64,000 nt of DNA, taken from positions 62,308,364-62,372,363 of the forward strand of contig NC_068989.1 of NCBI RefSeq assembly GCF_001194135.2, in the 5' to 3' direction. How positions within the stretch are numbered: the first letter of the stretch is position 1; every line of letters starts with the position of its first letter. A program made the position numbers and the translations under genes. This DNA is from Octopus bimaculoides (taxonomy: Eukaryota). This document shows, piece by piece, positions 63,961-64,000 of this stretch. The notes beneath the pieces were generated by a model. It did not search any database and was not told where the DNA came from. It saw only the letters and a program-made list of their open reading frames with translations.

Positions 63961-64000
63961 CATTTCGATATTTTCAGAGAGAGAAAGAGAGAGAGAGAGA

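Overview
AT-rich, gap-ridden draft eukaryotic DNA, most likely an octopus, inferred from three dispersed tRNA-headed SINE families resembling octopus SINEs and very dense di/tri/tetranucleotide microsatellites. About a fifth of the window is N gaps, most flanked by (TA)n or (CA)n. Nearly all ORF-track entries are microsatellite or N artefacts. Supportable content: about 25 SINE copies or fragments (my labels A, B, C); four decayed R4/Dong-like (RLE) LINE segments at 1.9-5.5 kb, bordered by compound trinucleotide arrays; a 5'-truncated Penelope-like element (GIY-YIG) between inverted terminal repeats at 15.5-17.5 kb; hAT and mariner transposase remnants; and a Helitron-like 5' end. There is also a candidate signal-peptide exon (MPARLIFPMAPLTVCLLLL, 48463-48521, minus) that may start a secreted or membrane protein gene with long introns. 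The strongest non-obvious signal is a set of type I hammerhead-ribozyme-like motifs at seven loci with mostly unrelated stems, four of them in inverted-repeat settings. They include a G3-C8 core swap, a C4 variant and one copy with a canonical core. All folds and translations were done by eye; no database search was possible and TE boundaries are approximate.
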